Below are positions 38,101 to 50,900 of a DNA stretch of 64,000 nucleotides, piece by piece (positions within the stretch are counted from its first letter, which is position 1; every line of letters begins with the position of its first letter). Location: assembly GCA_905178155.1 (NCBI GenBank), contig CAJINV010000008.1, positions 4,241,420 through 4,305,419 of the forward strand, given 5' to 3'. A program made the translations under genes and the position numbers. The stretch comes from Amoebophrya sp. A120 (Eukaryota; Protista; Dinoflagellata). The notes beneath the pieces were generated by a model. It was not told where the DNA came from. It saw only the letters and a list, made by a program, of their open reading frames with translations, and did no database searches.

Positions 38101-38185
38101 AGGTCCTCGTCGTGGTGGAAATAGTACTATCAAAGCTTGCTACACACCAACTTTGTTGGTCTACGCGAGCGGTAGTTCTTTTTAG
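35151..38185 (+). CDS. Hypothetical low-complexity protein exons (possibly continuing the upstream gene)
   Basis: 713-aa ORF joins ORF 37919-38185 in frame (DKNSAVVYD) after removal of the 37282 element. Confidence 0.65.
36526..38008 (+). repeat. 44-bp direct repeats flanking a segment paralogous to 63537-64000
   Basis: AGAACGGCACGGAAATCACGCCCAGCACCCTRCAAGAAGCAYTG at 36526-36569 and 37965-38008. Confidence 0.85.
37282..37908. mobile_element. Long family B introner (627 bp)
   Basis: Family B TIRs; exact TSD GAACT. Confidence 0.9.
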
Positions 38186-41100
38186 CTCTGGAGCAGGAGT
38201 AGGGAGGCGGTGGTCAGTAGGTTGTCTACAGTGAAGATGTTGTTGGACGATAAAAATTCGGTGCTGTTCTTAATAGTTCTTTCCACCTGATGAATGTACT
38301 TTACATACTGTCTTATTCGCATAATTTGCAAAAAGTTATGCTTCGCTCGTCGACGGTAGAAATAATGCTCGCTGCTTACATTGAGCTCGTATTTTGCCTG
38401 TACAAAAAAAGACTCGCGATATTTGTATACTCTTCTCGCAGCGAAAAACGCCGGAGGATGATTGTCCCCCTATGGACAACATCTCACCTATACATTCCTC
38501 GAATGTAGTCTGTAGCCTTAATATTTTTGTGACAAGAGGAAACAAATTTTGGCCTTCCTAAAGTCAAAGAATTCTTATGACAGGTACAAGAACTACACAC
38601 AATTATGTTCTTTTGCGCAGCTCCTCAAGTAGTCGGGTGATGAAATGACGTGTCGACTGGCGTCAGGTTTTATTCAAATGATTTGAAGCGGTACTGCACT
38701 TGTAGTAAAATAATTGAACAATCAGTGGTACGAAAATATATCCGTCAGGCCAGCGCGTCTTTGCGTCTCTTGAGGTCAGACCTGCCCAATTTGATGTATA
38801 TTGGCATTTTTCTATCCGGAGAGGAGCTTCATTTCTTCTTCCAAGTAGGCTTCTATGGTCCGCCTATTTAATTTCCAAAGTTCCTCAGTAGTAAATATCT
38901 GCTCGCGATCTCGAAGCGAATGCTATGCGTACGTAGAAACTTACTACGTGGAAAAAAAAAAATTATAAAACTTCTCACTTTTTTTTTCGGTCTTTAGTCA
39001 GCTCAAGTGCGTCCAAAGCAGCAGAAATAAAGTCACTATGTTCTTCCAACAGCGCGGCAATGATGATGTCTCGTCTTGTCTAGTTTCGACAGTTTTGATA
39101 ATATACTTAGGATTTTGGTCTTTATTTCCCTCTAGTACGAGGTTCGTATGTACATAATCTTCTTCTTTTATTTTCGATTTTTTCAATTTTTCAATCAAGC
39201 TATTGGTGCTGCTCTTTCACTCATTAGTTGTACAGGCGACAGTAGCGACAGTGGTGTTGAGTCGATTTGTATTTCGAGTCAATATCTTTCGACTTCTTTA
39301 GATTCTTTGATAATATCTCGCCACCCTGGTTGGCAGTATGTATGTATCATTCGATACATGCACCTTGATTTTCAGGGAAACTTCTACGATTTTTTTTGTT
39401 TCTCTTTCCGTTTCGGATTCTGTTTCAGCAGAACAAAGCTTCTTTTTCTTCATTTATTACTAGTACCCCAGAAACCGGGAGAACTGCACGAGGACACTAG
39501 GCGGACTCATCTGCTGGAAGGGGCTCGCTGTATCTACTTATAATTTTTCACTCCTCTTCATTTTGTGTCTTTCTTTCGACTCAATTTTCCCGTAGCTCTG
39601 TTTTGAGTCCTCACAAGGTCCAAAACTTTGATTGTACTACCTCCTGCCCGGTCTTATTGAAAAGAAATTTCTGAACCTCGGAAAAAAACGAACCTAAGGA
39701 GCAGGTGGAGCTACTTGATTAAAACGAGCGGCTCTGCATAAAAATGAAGCACAGGATTTCGTGTCCTTGAAATATGAAACAAAGGCACAACCAAAAAAAT
39801 CCCGGTAATGAAGTTCAAACCCTGTTTGATAAGTACTTGTTGTCACTATCACTGACTTGTATCTGTACCGCCTCAGAATCAACCTTGATTGTTTGAAGAC
39901 TATATAAAAGTTCTTTGTTGTACTTATGTTGATACAGGCCTCGTCTTCGTACTTCGCTGCCCAACAGTGCTGTACAGTCATCTTCGGCGGGACAGCATCC
40001 GTTCTGGTTTACTTTTTGGAGGTCGTGTTCTACCCTGATCTGAGCAAATTATTGACCCTTTCCTGGATAAAAACGAAGTCAACCCGTGCTCGTCGCGCAG
40101 ATTTGTAATATCCTCAGGAATCAATTTGTAATGCGAATCCCCATAATTAAGAGGCATTGCCCGTCCTCGTGTTTTGAAAATTGTAATGCTGTAAACAGGG
40201 TAAGCGGATGGCTTTGTGATCTTCCGTGGCTGTTCTTGCTAGCCTGCACTACTCTCGACATGGCAGCTTGTCATGCGTGACTCCCGAAACGTGCGGATTT
40301 GGGTCGGGGACCTTTTTGCAGCGCAGGATAGTAAACCTCCGACAAAACACCGCTCTTCACCGGATCCGCCGGATCTTGAAGTTGCATCCTCTAGGTGAAA
40401 AACCAAGATCTTGAAGAATATTTTGATGGCATGGATTTTTTTCCTCCAAGGTGGCAGACAAAGACAAGATCAACAGTATGATATTACCTTTGCGTCGATC
40501 TGCGTTCCCTAGTGTCGTTCTGTTGCAGAAGTGCGGAGGGATCATCGAATAGCTCTATAATTTCCGCCCCGTTGTAGACGTTCTACCTCTACTAAAGCAA
40601 GAGCCTGCACTTGACACATACCAAACGAAATAGCATTTCCAGTTCTAAGTATTTTCTATTCGATCGTTTCATCAGCTGGTGGACTGCTAGCTTGCCCAGC
40701 TTCACTTAAGGTTGTGTCAGAAGAATCGTTGCCTTGAAAATTATTGTCTGCCCGAATTATTTGCCCGAAAAACTGCAAAAATCGTTTCGTTGTGAGAATT
40801 CGACCTCGATATTAGGACGAACTTTCTTGAGTGGAAAAACAGAAGTAGAGAAAAGTTGACACAAATCGCGCTCGCTCGAGACGACCTAGATATGTCGTCG
40901 TCGCTTGCAAATATCATCGTCGTGTTGTACAAAAATGATATACGAATTCGATTTCCGTCTATCAATTGTCGAAGCAAACGTTCGTGTACAGAAAAATCGA
41001 AAAATCGGGCCGAATTAATTTTCACGCATTGCCTTCGTCGTAGTAGGAGCACTAAAAGACCTACGCTTCGTTTCAGTGATATATCATGATGATGATACAC

Positions 41101-41435
41101 CCTTGCCACCCCTTCTTCCTCCCACGTGACGTTGTTTTCGAATGGAAAAATTAGGAGAAGGGAACAAAATCTATTTCACGACATTACATGATACTCACTT
41201 ATGTGCATGTTGTGAAATGAAAGAGACCTTTCTTGTAAACGATGCGAAAACCTTCGCGAATTTTACGCTTCAACCAAAACTTGATTTACCGAATGTAACA
41301 CCCTCGTCCACCACAACAAGCTAGTCGTGTGCTGGATCATCATGAAATGATAAATGCGGCCAATCAATAGTACTTTCGAGACCCACCTGCCCGGATGACG
41401 ACGTTGACCGAGAAGATAGTAGACGAGATTGGTCG

Positions 41436-44400
41436 TTGCGCCGCCACCTTGTAGTGGCAACAACATTCCCACCTCCAGACGAGAGGTCCATTGGCAAGAA
41501 TCCAATGCGGTCGGAAAAAATGCCAGAGCCACCAGGAAGCCCTGTTCCGAAAGCAGGAACGGATCGCGCTGCTTCGAGTTGTTGTAAAGCGAAAAGTCGG
41601 GCTCCGAGCCCGAATGTTGCGGAACAATACCAAAAAGCGGCGAGGCTCTTGATGAAAAAGAAGAGAGACTACAAGTCTACCTCATCATGTTCCTGTCAAG
41701 CGCGCGCGGGAATTTCGTCGTGTCTGCGACGACTGGAAACGGCGAGGTTGAGTATCGGTCTTTCGCGCAGCACCCGTGATCATGTCCTACAAATAGCGAT
41801 GGTCGCAGGAGACACAGCAAGAAAAGCGGTTGCTTTCCATCAACCCGATTGGTGGACAAGATGGAGTTCTCAACGACCGTGTGGTGCTGCGCGACCTCTT
41901 TTACGTAAAAATACCGGGGAAAGCGATGAAAGTGCGGTGGATCTTAAGCAGAACGCCACGACGCACGGGTCGTGCCGCGGCGCTGGGAAAAATAGGAGCA
42001 CCAGACTCTGTGTGTTCATTGGTGAAGTCGTGCTGTGCATCAGTTCGCTCGTGCTCGAAACCATAGTACTTGTACAAGGACCAGGGACAGAACTCCTCTC
42101 GACCACCATGAATCACAGCAGCCGTTGGTGGAAGAAAACGACGGCAGTTGTGGCAAAGTTGCGACGCGGCCGAAAACCGCCGGCCACGGGGCCGTGGAGC
42201 CACTTCGTCGCGGCGTTGCGCAGCCGCCTGGTGTTTCTGCTGGTCTTGCTTCTTTTGCCGACGCCGCTAGTCCTGGTGTTTTTCGACACCACACAATTCG
42301 CCTTCTTCGAGAAGCAGGAACAGCAGATGTTGCAAGACTTCCACATGCGCGAGCAGCACTGGCGGGAGCAGTTTTTGGACCTCCGGGTGGACGAGGAGGA
42401 GGCTAGTACACGAAGAGCACATTTTGTTCAACATCATGAAGATAATTCAAATTCCAGCCCGGATGTTCCGTCCTCCCAGTTGTTCTCTAGAACTTGGCGG
42501 CACAGTCTGGCACAAGGAGCGCGACAGTCTGCAGCTTCCGCTTTATTTGCGAATAAACCTTGTACGACTAGAAGAATCCAAGGCGAGGAGGACGGTCGTT
42601 CTTGTATTTTCGACGTGCCGCTCAAGGAGGAGATCGTGGACCTGATGCAGCAGCGTGATCTCATTTACCCACAGCACATTGAACTACTACCACTTAGGGC
42701 TCTCGCCCAGCCACGGGAGCCGAAGCACCCGCGCAGCTTCGGAGAGGGAATTCTTTATCTAAGTCAGAAACTAGCTGTACTACCTGCTGCAGCAGCAGTA
42801 GAAACTGCTTCATCTACAAGTACAGCCACGAAGATGATGAACAAGAGCCACCTGATCTACGACCCGCGCGGGAGGGGAAGGGCGAGGAGTACAATTGCTG
42901 CATTGATGAAAGGCAGTACTATACCAGCCAATGATCTTCTCCGCCAGGTCCTCGTGAAGATGTCGCAGCTGGACAAAAATTCTTCGTTCCGTACGACAAG
43001 TTCTTCTACTTCCGGAGCTCGACATCCTGCTGCGACATCAAAAAAGTGGTCGTGGTCGTGGTCCTCTCCTTATTTACTCCGGTTGTTCCGTCGCGGCCGG
43101 CCGCGGAAGTTGCTGCTTATTTCCAACGCGCAGGAACTACCGAAAGTTCGACTGCTCGTTTCGCAGGATCCGAAAGTTTGTAGAAAACAAATAGTAAAAC
43201 TATTTGAAAACTTGTATAAAAATCGACCAACAGAGGTCTACCAGCAGAATAAAATATCGATGCCGGACAACAAAGAAAAACTGGAAGAGATTCGCAAAAA
43301 TGCCCACAGGAGTGCTATGCATAGAGTAGCTTCTGGCTTTTATAGAGAATTGACTTTTCAGGAATTCAAAAGCGCTATTACTAGGCTTGAGAAAGAAAAA
43401 TCGCCAGGATATGACAATACTCCGCACGAGATAATAAAAGGCCTGCGAGGCAAAGGGCAAGAACTACTGTACAGACTTTTTTATGTTATTTTAAAGCATG
43501 ACAGCTTTCCCAAAATAGGGAATCTTGCACAACTGGCACCGGTGCAAAAGACAAAAGACCTTCCATTTTGTGAGATGCATTACCGTCCGGTATCGCTGCT
43601 GAGTGTATACAGCAAATTGTTTGAAGCCATAGTCGACACGAGAATGAATCAATGGCTCGAAGGATACGAATGGCTCGGCGGGAAGATCACGCACAAAACG
43701 GAGCCAGTGCTGCCAAGAAACAGCATCGCCTACAGGCAGGGATACTCGAAGGAGGACTCATGCGTAAGACTGTGCGACTTTTTATATGCAAAGATGGAGC
43801 AAAATTTAAATGATCCAAAATACGTGCTGCTGAACGATAACATAGCAGGTTTTGATGTAGTGGAGCATGAGACATTAATAAACACAGCGAAAATGGAAAA
43901 CATGCCTGATGATTTACTGGGGGTGATTATTAGCTGGCTTAGTGGAAGGACGGTGAAGATAAGGGAAGGGTCTAGGGTCTGGGTGCTACGGCCGGGCATG
44001 CCCCAAGGGTCTCCGCTTTCAGGTGGGGTGTTTAACCTGCACCACATCCCGCTAATAAGGTACTTGATGGAGTTAAACCCCAACGGCATAGTAACGCAGT
44101 ATTCCGACGATAATACGCAAACAGGCTTCTTGAGCATGCTGAGCAAAATGAAAAGCTCGCTGATCGATTTTGGTCGCAAGTTTTTTATTTTCTTTGAGAA
44201 GGACAAGAGCGAGACCATCTTCTACAGCCAGAACTACAAAGATGATCCGCAAGAAGCGGGAAGATCTCTAGGCTTCTTGTTCGATGGCACGTGGACGCAC
44301 AACGCTATGTCGGACAAGATCTTGAAAGACATGACAAGGGAAGCTAACGTCTGCCTAGGGTTGAAAACGCTGAGAACTACCAAGAAGGTAGACGTGTTCG

Positions 44401-46253
44401 AAAGTCTTTGCTATTCTGCCCTCTCTAGCACGGGGTCGCCTCAGTATCCCTACTTCTCCTCTGCTGCAAAGTTGAAAATTGAAAATACAGTTTCCAATAA
44501 ATTAAAAGTTTTGCTAGGTCTGCCCAAACGGGCTCCCTCTACCGCTTTATACGAAAGCACGGGGTTAGTTAGGCCTCACATAATGTTTTTGCGCGAGTGC
44601 TTAATGTGTTTTTACAAAGGCCTCGCGAAAAACTTATGGGAAGAAAGCGGCGAGGAACTGACACAAGCTGAGTACGGAATAATAAATAACAACATGGTGA
44701 ACCCGATAGCAGGAGAACCAATAAGAGAAAAGTGGACTTCTATAATGAGAACAATCAGCATGGAAAGACTAAAGGATATTCATGAAGCACTTGTTGCAGC
44801 ACCGCTAAAAATCATCCGCCGCTGCTGGCGGGGAGTCAGAATGTCGGTGCACACTATGGATGATGTAGGACGACAGTGGGGCTACGACAGCCTCACAGCA
44901 ATCAGCAGCGAGGACGAGATCAATCGCACGAGGAAAAGAATATCTTGGAGACAAGACCGAGAAATACGACGAAAGTTGCAGGATGCAGGACATCTGGTAA
45001 TTGCCACCGACGGCAGTGCCTCCGCGGGGGAAGGGCACTATGGCGGCTGTGGAGGAGCGACATGGTGGGCGAGCGATCTCAACTGCGATCATGTGATCAA
45101 TGAAGATTTCGCGGATTGGTACCCAGTGGAGCCGATCTGCACTTCGACTGCCATCGTGGAAACGCCAATAAAAGACGCGCAAGTAGATTCTTTTGATGCT
45201 GAGACATATGCGTTAGTGCACCAAACGAAAAAGACGACGGAGCACCTCAGGATCAACAACCTGTCGCATCTGATAACGAAGGTCAGCTTTTATCTGGACC
45301 CAAACAGTGTGCTCGAAGGATTAGCAAATATGCATGAAAAATCGAACATCATGTTCTTTCACATTATGCACGCCCTGGAAGAATTACGCGACCAGTGCAT
45401 GAAATTCCGATGCAAGTACAAGCATGAAGATCCCATGATGCCTGCAATAGCACCTGAAAACGAGATTGAGTTTGTATTTATTTGGAATGCAGGACATAGC
45501 GGTCTATTTTTCAATGATTTGGTTGACAGCATAGCAGGACAGGCACTTGACAGACACGAAAGAGCACTGGAAAAAGGGGTGACCACGCAAGTATATAAGA
45601 AAGAAATTACAGCATCAATACTACGTAGAATACTTACGCGTCGCATAAGATACTGGATCGGAGTAGCTGAATTCAAGCCAACCAGCGCACCGCAGCTGGT
45701 GGAGCGGGCAAGGGAATTTGGGCCATTCAGACCAAAAGCAGGCACCTTCCCAACAAGATACCTAGAACAGCTCTACTTTTATCTTTTTTCAGGAGTAGTG
45801 CCAAGTGGCATTCTGGGAGCAGGAATGGCAACGCATGAAGATGATGATGATGACCCTGACAAGAAAAAATACTTTCAAAAATGCATGCTATGTGAAGAAG
45901 TAACAGAGGGGCATGCGTCCCATTTGGTTATGGACTGTCGTTGTCCAGCAGCTTTAACAGCTAGACATTTAATTTTAGGGGCTGCGACGATTCCGTTGAC
46001 AATGGAAAACGAAAAAGAAATATTTGCGCAACCGCAAAAAGTATTCCGATTTTTACATGAAACAAACAAGGGGAAAAAGTTCCTGAAAAATTTTGCATGC
46101 GAGCAGATCAAAAAAAACCTGCACTGCATACGGCCCAGGATGAAGGCGGACACGAAAACAAAAAAACAGGAGGAGAACACATATGAAAAACTAGGGTGGC
46201 AGTATAAGAGTATAGAAAAAGAACTTCTGTTAGACCATGAAGAAGATGAGTAA
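41436..46253 (+). CDS. 1605-aa chimeric ORF: host-like N-terminus fused to LINE RT-RNase H-CCHC
   Basis: RT motifs KSPGYD, YRPVSLLS, GFDVVEH, GMPQGSPLS, QYSDD, SLG. RNase H motifs IATDGSA, AETYAL, YLD, WNAGHSG..NDLVD. C-terminal CMLC..HLVMDC. No APE domain seen. Confidence 0.9.
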   Translation: MRRHLVVATTFPPPDERSIGKNPMRSEKMPEPPGSPVPKAGTDRAASSCCKAKSRAPSPNVAEQYQKAARLLMKKKRDYKSTSSCSCQARAGISSCLRRLETARLSIGLSRSTRDHVLQIAMVAGDTARKAVAFHQPDWWTRWSSQRPCGAARPLLRKNTGESDESAVDLKQNATTHGSCRGAGKNRSTRLCVFIGEVVLCISSLVLETIVLVQGPGTELLSTTMNHSSRWWKKTTAVVAKLRRGRKPPATGPWSHFVAALRSRLVFLLVLLLLPTPLVLVFFDTTQFAFFEKQEQQMLQDFHMREQHWREQFLDLRVDEEEASTRRAHFVQHHEDNSNSSPDVPSSQLFSRTWRHSLAQGARQSAASALFANKPCTTRRIQGEEDGRSCIFDVPLKEEIVDLMQQRDLIYPQHIELLPLRALAQPREPKHPRSFGEGILYLSQKLAVLPAAAAVETASSTSTATKMMNKSHLIYDPRGRGRARSTIAALMKGSTIPANDLLRQVLVKMSQLDKNSSFRTTSSSTSGARHPAATSKKWSWSWSSPYLLRLFRRGRPRKLLLISNAQELPKVRLLVSQDPKVCRKQIVKLFENLYKNRPTEVYQQNKISMPDNKEKLEEIRKNAHRSAMHRVASGFYRELTFQEFKSAITRLEKEKSPGYDNTPHEIIKGLRGKGQELLYRLFYVILKHDSFPKIGNLAQLAPVQKTKDLPFCEMHYRPVSLLSVYSKLFEAIVDTRMNQWLEGYEWLGGKITHKTEPVLPRNSIAYRQGYSKEDSCVRLCDFLYAKMEQNLNDPKYVLLNDNIAGFDVVEHETLINTAKMENMPDDLLGVIISWLSGRTVKIREGSRVWVLRPGMPQGSPLSGGVFNLHHIPLIRYLMELNPNGIVTQYSDDNTQTGFLSMLSKMKSSLIDFGRKFFIFFEKDKSETIFYSQNYKDDPQEAGRSLGFLFDGTWTHNAMSDKILKDMTREANVCLGLKTLRTTKKVDVFESLCYSALSSTGSPQYPYFSSAAKLKIENTVSNKLKVLLGLPKRAPSTALYESTGLVRPHIMFLRECLMCFYKGLAKNLWEESGEELTQAEYGIINNNMVNPIAGEPIREKWTSIMRTISMERLKDIHEALVAAPLKIIRRCWRGVRMSVHTMDDVGRQWGYDSLTAISSEDEINRTRKRISWRQDREIRRKLQDAGHLVIATDGSASAGEGHYGGCGGATWWASDLNCDHVINEDFADWYPVEPICTSTAIVETPIKDAQVDSFDAETYALVHQTKKTTEHLRINNLSHLITKVSFYLDPNSVLEGLANMHEKSNIMFFHIMHALEELRDQCMKFRCKYKHEDPMMPAIAPENEIEFVFIWNAGHSGLFFNDLVDSIAGQALDRHERALEKGVTTQVYKKEITASILRRILTRRIRYWIGVAEFKPTSAPQLVERAREFGPFRPKAGTFPTRYLEQLYFYLFSGVVPSGILGAGMATHEDDDDDPDKKKYFQKCMLCEEVTEGHASHLVMDCRCPAALTARHLILGAATIPLTMENEKEIFAQPQKVFRFLHETNKGKKFLKNFACEQIKKNLHCIRPRMKADTKTKKQEENTYEKLGWQYKSIEKELLLDHEEDE

Positions 46254-47936
46254 GTAGTAAGTACATAAATTTTTTGTTTAAGAACTGCAGCTGCGTATTT
46301 CTCACATATGTTGACTCAATATGCTTTATCTCGTTCCATGGTGAAGTACTTTGATTTGCCAGACTACTGTGCAAAGCTAAACAAAATAATTTTTCAACTT
46401 CAAAAAACAAAATAAAATATATCCCTGAGCCAGACTCCGTGCTTCGCTGCAGTCATGCGTTTTAGTGCGCTTGACCGGAATTTTCGAGCAAGGCCGGGCA
46501 GAACGCAAGATCAAATGGATGGACCGAGACATCCAGGCAAAGCTTGCACGGACACAAGCAAAATGCCAAGAAGATACGCAAGTACCGATGGTACGCGAGA
46601 GGAACCGGGCAAGACAGTAGAGCCATGGCACAAGAAGACGGAGAACTGGCGCAGGAAGGCAGCTGCAGAAAAAAAGCAGGGACAAATACCACAAAAGCTA
46701 CACTTCCTCTTAGCATTAGACATGCGAACAGGATGAGTCCATAGTGGAAGATAGCATGAGTGTCTGGATTTTTCCTTATCCTTCTGTATAAGATCTGAGC
46801 TACGGGCTATTGTGTAGGGGTATTTTAGTATTTACAGATTATATGATGAATAGAGCCGGGATGTGGCCGATTTCTTGCCATGACAAAACGCGAGCTATTC
46901 GTAAGGTGCTAGATGATGAATTTTTTTTTATAAAATGAATAAAAGGGACATACACGCATGGAGAACGCAAAAGCATATAAACAAGACATGAAAAATAGAA
47001 GCTCTGCTGCGCAAGCTTCTAAAAAGCAAACTGGAAGTGGGAGCTTTTCCTTGCCATAGGACACAAAAGGACCCCAACGATCGCGAAAGGCTCTTACTTT
47101 TCCAGATCGGAGATCCGGAAGCACCGATATGCTCACAGGAAGTATGACCTTTTGAAACTAGAAAATATAAAGGAAAACAAGATCAGCAGAAGTTTTGTGA
47201 AACGCGAAAAACTAGCTAAGTCAGATCCTGTCTAATTATCGTTCACCAACAACAAGATACTGAGTCTACAAGTAAGATCAGGACAGTTTTTAAGTCCACC
47301 AGTTTTAAGCATGACCTCGCTATGCGAGAAAGAAGAGCCCTTTTTTTTTCGGGTGATCTTCATTTCTATTCCGGCTTAACACGAAAGCACAGATCACAAA
47401 GCCATGCGCCGTATCCTGGATGTGGTTGTGCAGATTGCAGTTCTGTATAACCGAACAGGACGGAATGGTATTTCAGTTTCTCTCTTTCAAAACATCGAAT
47501 GAAGAAGTGTGAACAGTCAAGGCTAAAAAGTGGAAAAGGTAGAGCGACATTGCCGAAGATTTTTCAGTCAGCACCTACGGTCTTAACGATCTGACTGTTG
47601 GCGCTGTATTGCCTTCACCAAACCCCGATTACAGTGGGGGGAGGAGTCGGCAGGCAGTGTCATGGCGGGCGTCCGTTCCACCGCAGACGTGAATGCGAGG
47701 GGCCGCGTAAAAGAGGAATTACGCATTTGAATAAGGACCTGGGAGTTGTTTCTCCAACTGCCAAGAGCAACCCAGCGAGTTCAAATCCAGCGGGCGCATG
47801 CTAAACGAAAGCAAGAGGAAGAACGAAGTACTGAGGACGACAGGAACAGCAGCAGCCAAAGCCATCCTTCTATGTCGTTTTTGGAACTTTTATAGCCCTT
47901 TTGTCAGTAATTTGTATAAAAAAAAAAAAAAAAAAA
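43113..47936 (+). mobile_element. 5'-truncated non-LTR retrotransposon with RNase H (I/ingi/Tad-like group)
   Basis: Composition switches to A-rich at ~43113; RT and RNase H domains; 19-nt poly(A) at 47918-47936; candidate TSD AAGTTG (43107-43112 and 47935-47940). Confidence 0.85.
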
Positions 47937-50900
47937 GTTGATAATTTCCTCGTGATCCACCTATCCCTATTGGGCGGACAGAACGGTGGGAAGAAGAAAC
48001 TTTTGGTGGTCGACGCAGTTGGCAGAATCATGATCCGACACAGAAGTGGGAGTGCGGTTCTACAACTTCTCGCCATCCTCGTGAAAAGCAAGACGCGGAC
48101 CGTTCTGGCCTTTGAGTCTGCCCCCGCGGCGACCAACACAACATCGACATCAAAAAAGCGTAAAAATCTCGCACTTGCAGGCCGAGGTCGTCGTGGGGAC
48201 GGCGGGACTTCTAGTTCTACTACTTCTTCGGCGGGACAAGTCCTGGGGAGCAACTCGGGAGTTGTCCTGGAGAGCAACAAGAAGTCCTCGTCGATCGGTG
48301 GAAAAGATGTCGACTGGAACAAGGAATCAAGCAGACAGCAGGTGGTAAAGATGTCGCTGAGAGCGGCTAGTATACTAGCCGGTGCCGGGCAGCGCGCCGC
48401 CGTTCGAGGTCGAAGGCGATCGAGGTCGACGACGAGGACACCTTGTCAGCACGCCGGTCGTTTTGGCACCTACTCCTCGTGCCGACGTCACCAGTCGCCA
48501 CGTCGTGCAACTACCTCGCCAGCTGGGTGGTTGACGGGGGGCCAGCGCAGGGCTCCACCGTCCCTCCTTGTTTCTGCCGCAGAGGTGCTGGTCGTCGCGC
48601 AGGAAGACGACAGCCGCAACGGCGCGCAGGGAGGTGGAGGACAGAGCGCTGCAGATGTTAAATTTGTAGCAAACGTGATGAAAGAAGGACGCACCTACGG
48701 AGGAGCCGCGCGTCCTGGCCCTGGCGACGCGGCAGCTGTGGAGGAAGACGCAGAGGCCTTCACTAAGTTGAACGCGCCGGCACGGCGGAAGAGAGCGCTG
48801 CAACGAAGGAAAATAAACAGTAGGAGGAGTAGTCCACCTCGTGCCAGCTTCCTGGAAAAGGAGACTTTCGACGGCTTTGACGGTTTTGACGCGACCGATT
48901 TCATGAATAATCTACCAGGTCCAGCAGATAACGACATCGACTGGCACGACGTTGAAGGCTGGGGCGTCGATCGATCCCCAAACAACGCAATCGACCAAAC
49001 GGAATGGGTAAAACATGGCGGAGACCCGAATGTGTTCCCGCTGCTGGCGGGGATTGACGGCTATTTGACAGTGGATGACTTCAAGCCGGGCGGAACCATC
49101 GACCAATATGACTGGGCGGGAGACGACGAAAAGTTTGGGAAAGGGGAGTTTGAATCGGTGGTCTGGGAGGCAAACGTTGCAGCCCAGGGTGGACCGGTGG
49201 AGGACACGAACAAAGCCTCTCACGAGATCAGCTTTGGCGACCTCGACAGCGACATCACGGGAATCGATAAACATCCACACGACCATAAGATTACTGAACA
49301 CGAGTGGAAAGGCAGCCGGGCCCATTTCCTCGCACTGGCGCAAATGACCGGAGTACCCAAGGAAAAAAGTGTTACAGTTACACATTTGTTCTTGGGTAAA
49401 AATCAGCAATACAAACTCGCTCTGCATGACACCAGCCCCAGAAACTTACAATGCAGTGATCATAGATGAGGGAAATAAACACGTATGAAACTAAAGACCT
49501 AAGCATATTCGGCATGACAGACCTTGTCTCTCTTGCTTTGTCTACAACACAATGTGTAACTGTATCACTTTTTTCTTCCCATACTGAGACCCGAACGAGA
49601 TCACCCGCAAGGATATCCAGAGTGCTTCTGTGGACGGGGTCGAGGGTATCCTGAGTAAAAACGTCCCCACCCCAGAGTTGTCATGCAAATCTGTATGCTC
49701 AGAACATCTGTCATGCAGCGGGTCCGCATGGCCGGCATTTTCTGATCGTGTTTGGTAATTTGTCAACATGCGCGGCTCACGATAACAGAGTGGATCTGTG
49801 ATTCGTCCGGGCTAGTAGTACCTAGGCAGGACTATTCTACGTTTCCAAACTTGTCATGCGCCAGCGTCACAACTTGTGGATTTGTCTAGCAGATTTCCCA
49901 TGTTGACTACTTATGGGGCGGCGACGTTTTTACTCAGGATAGTGGGCGTGACCGCGGACGAAATGTTCTGGGCCAGGATCCGCACCTATCACACAGAAAA
50001 AAGCAGGCAGACCATATTTGTAAATGCAATAATAAACGCGCAAAAATAATATCTAAACTGCGTAACCTAAAGAGCATGCTATGGGCTCGCCCATGACAAG
50101 TTTTTCTGTTAGTTATTTTTTGCATTACAGATGAAATGTCCTTCCTGCTTTTTTCTGTACGATAGCACCGACGGCGGCACGCACGGTACGGGTGTGTTCA
50201 CGGACAAATTGTCGCTGAATGAGGTCAAGGACTTCCTTGGCGTCGCACACAACAAACCCATCGAACTGGAGGATTGGACCAAAATGGGCGGGAGCGAACA
50301 TTCGTTTAGTATGATCGCCAGCGCGAGCCATACGACCGACCAACACAAGATTAGTTTGGACGACTGGCAAGTTGCCTTCGGTACCGAAAACAACAACATC
50401 CACGGAGACGATCAAGTGTTTACCCGGGCCAACATGAAGGAACTGTTCAACATGGACAAGCGAGACGGGTGGTTCACGTACGCTTCGCAGAAGGAAAATG
50501 GGCCGAACGGCGACGGTGCCATGTATCAAAAGGAAAAGTCCCCCCGCCCCATATCGAAATGGAACTCTGTGATGCGAGATCTGTGTACACAAATCGGCTT
50601 TGTCTTGCAGTGAAAGACCGCAACCAGATACAGAGCCAGAGTAGGGGCGCTTTGGTGCAGGCGCCTACTAGCAAGGTAGGCGTATCCTCCGCAGGCCATA
50701 CAGCATTACGAATTGCCTGCAGAATGCGGCGGAGTTTTTGGCTTTGCCTTCTTGCGCCACAGAGACGACCTGTGGTCTCAAATCAGCATCGCAAATTTTC
50801 AGAAGTGTCCCTTTTTGGTATGGGGAGGGGGGATTTTTCCTCGCAATACCATGAACGTCTTCTCCTTTTCCGACATGAAGCATTGGGATCAGAACAATCG

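Noticed and set aside
38200-41100. AT-rich, Lys-rich minus-strand fragments as an inverted 5' part (ORF1/APE) of the LINE
   Set aside because: No APE motifs found and many stops.
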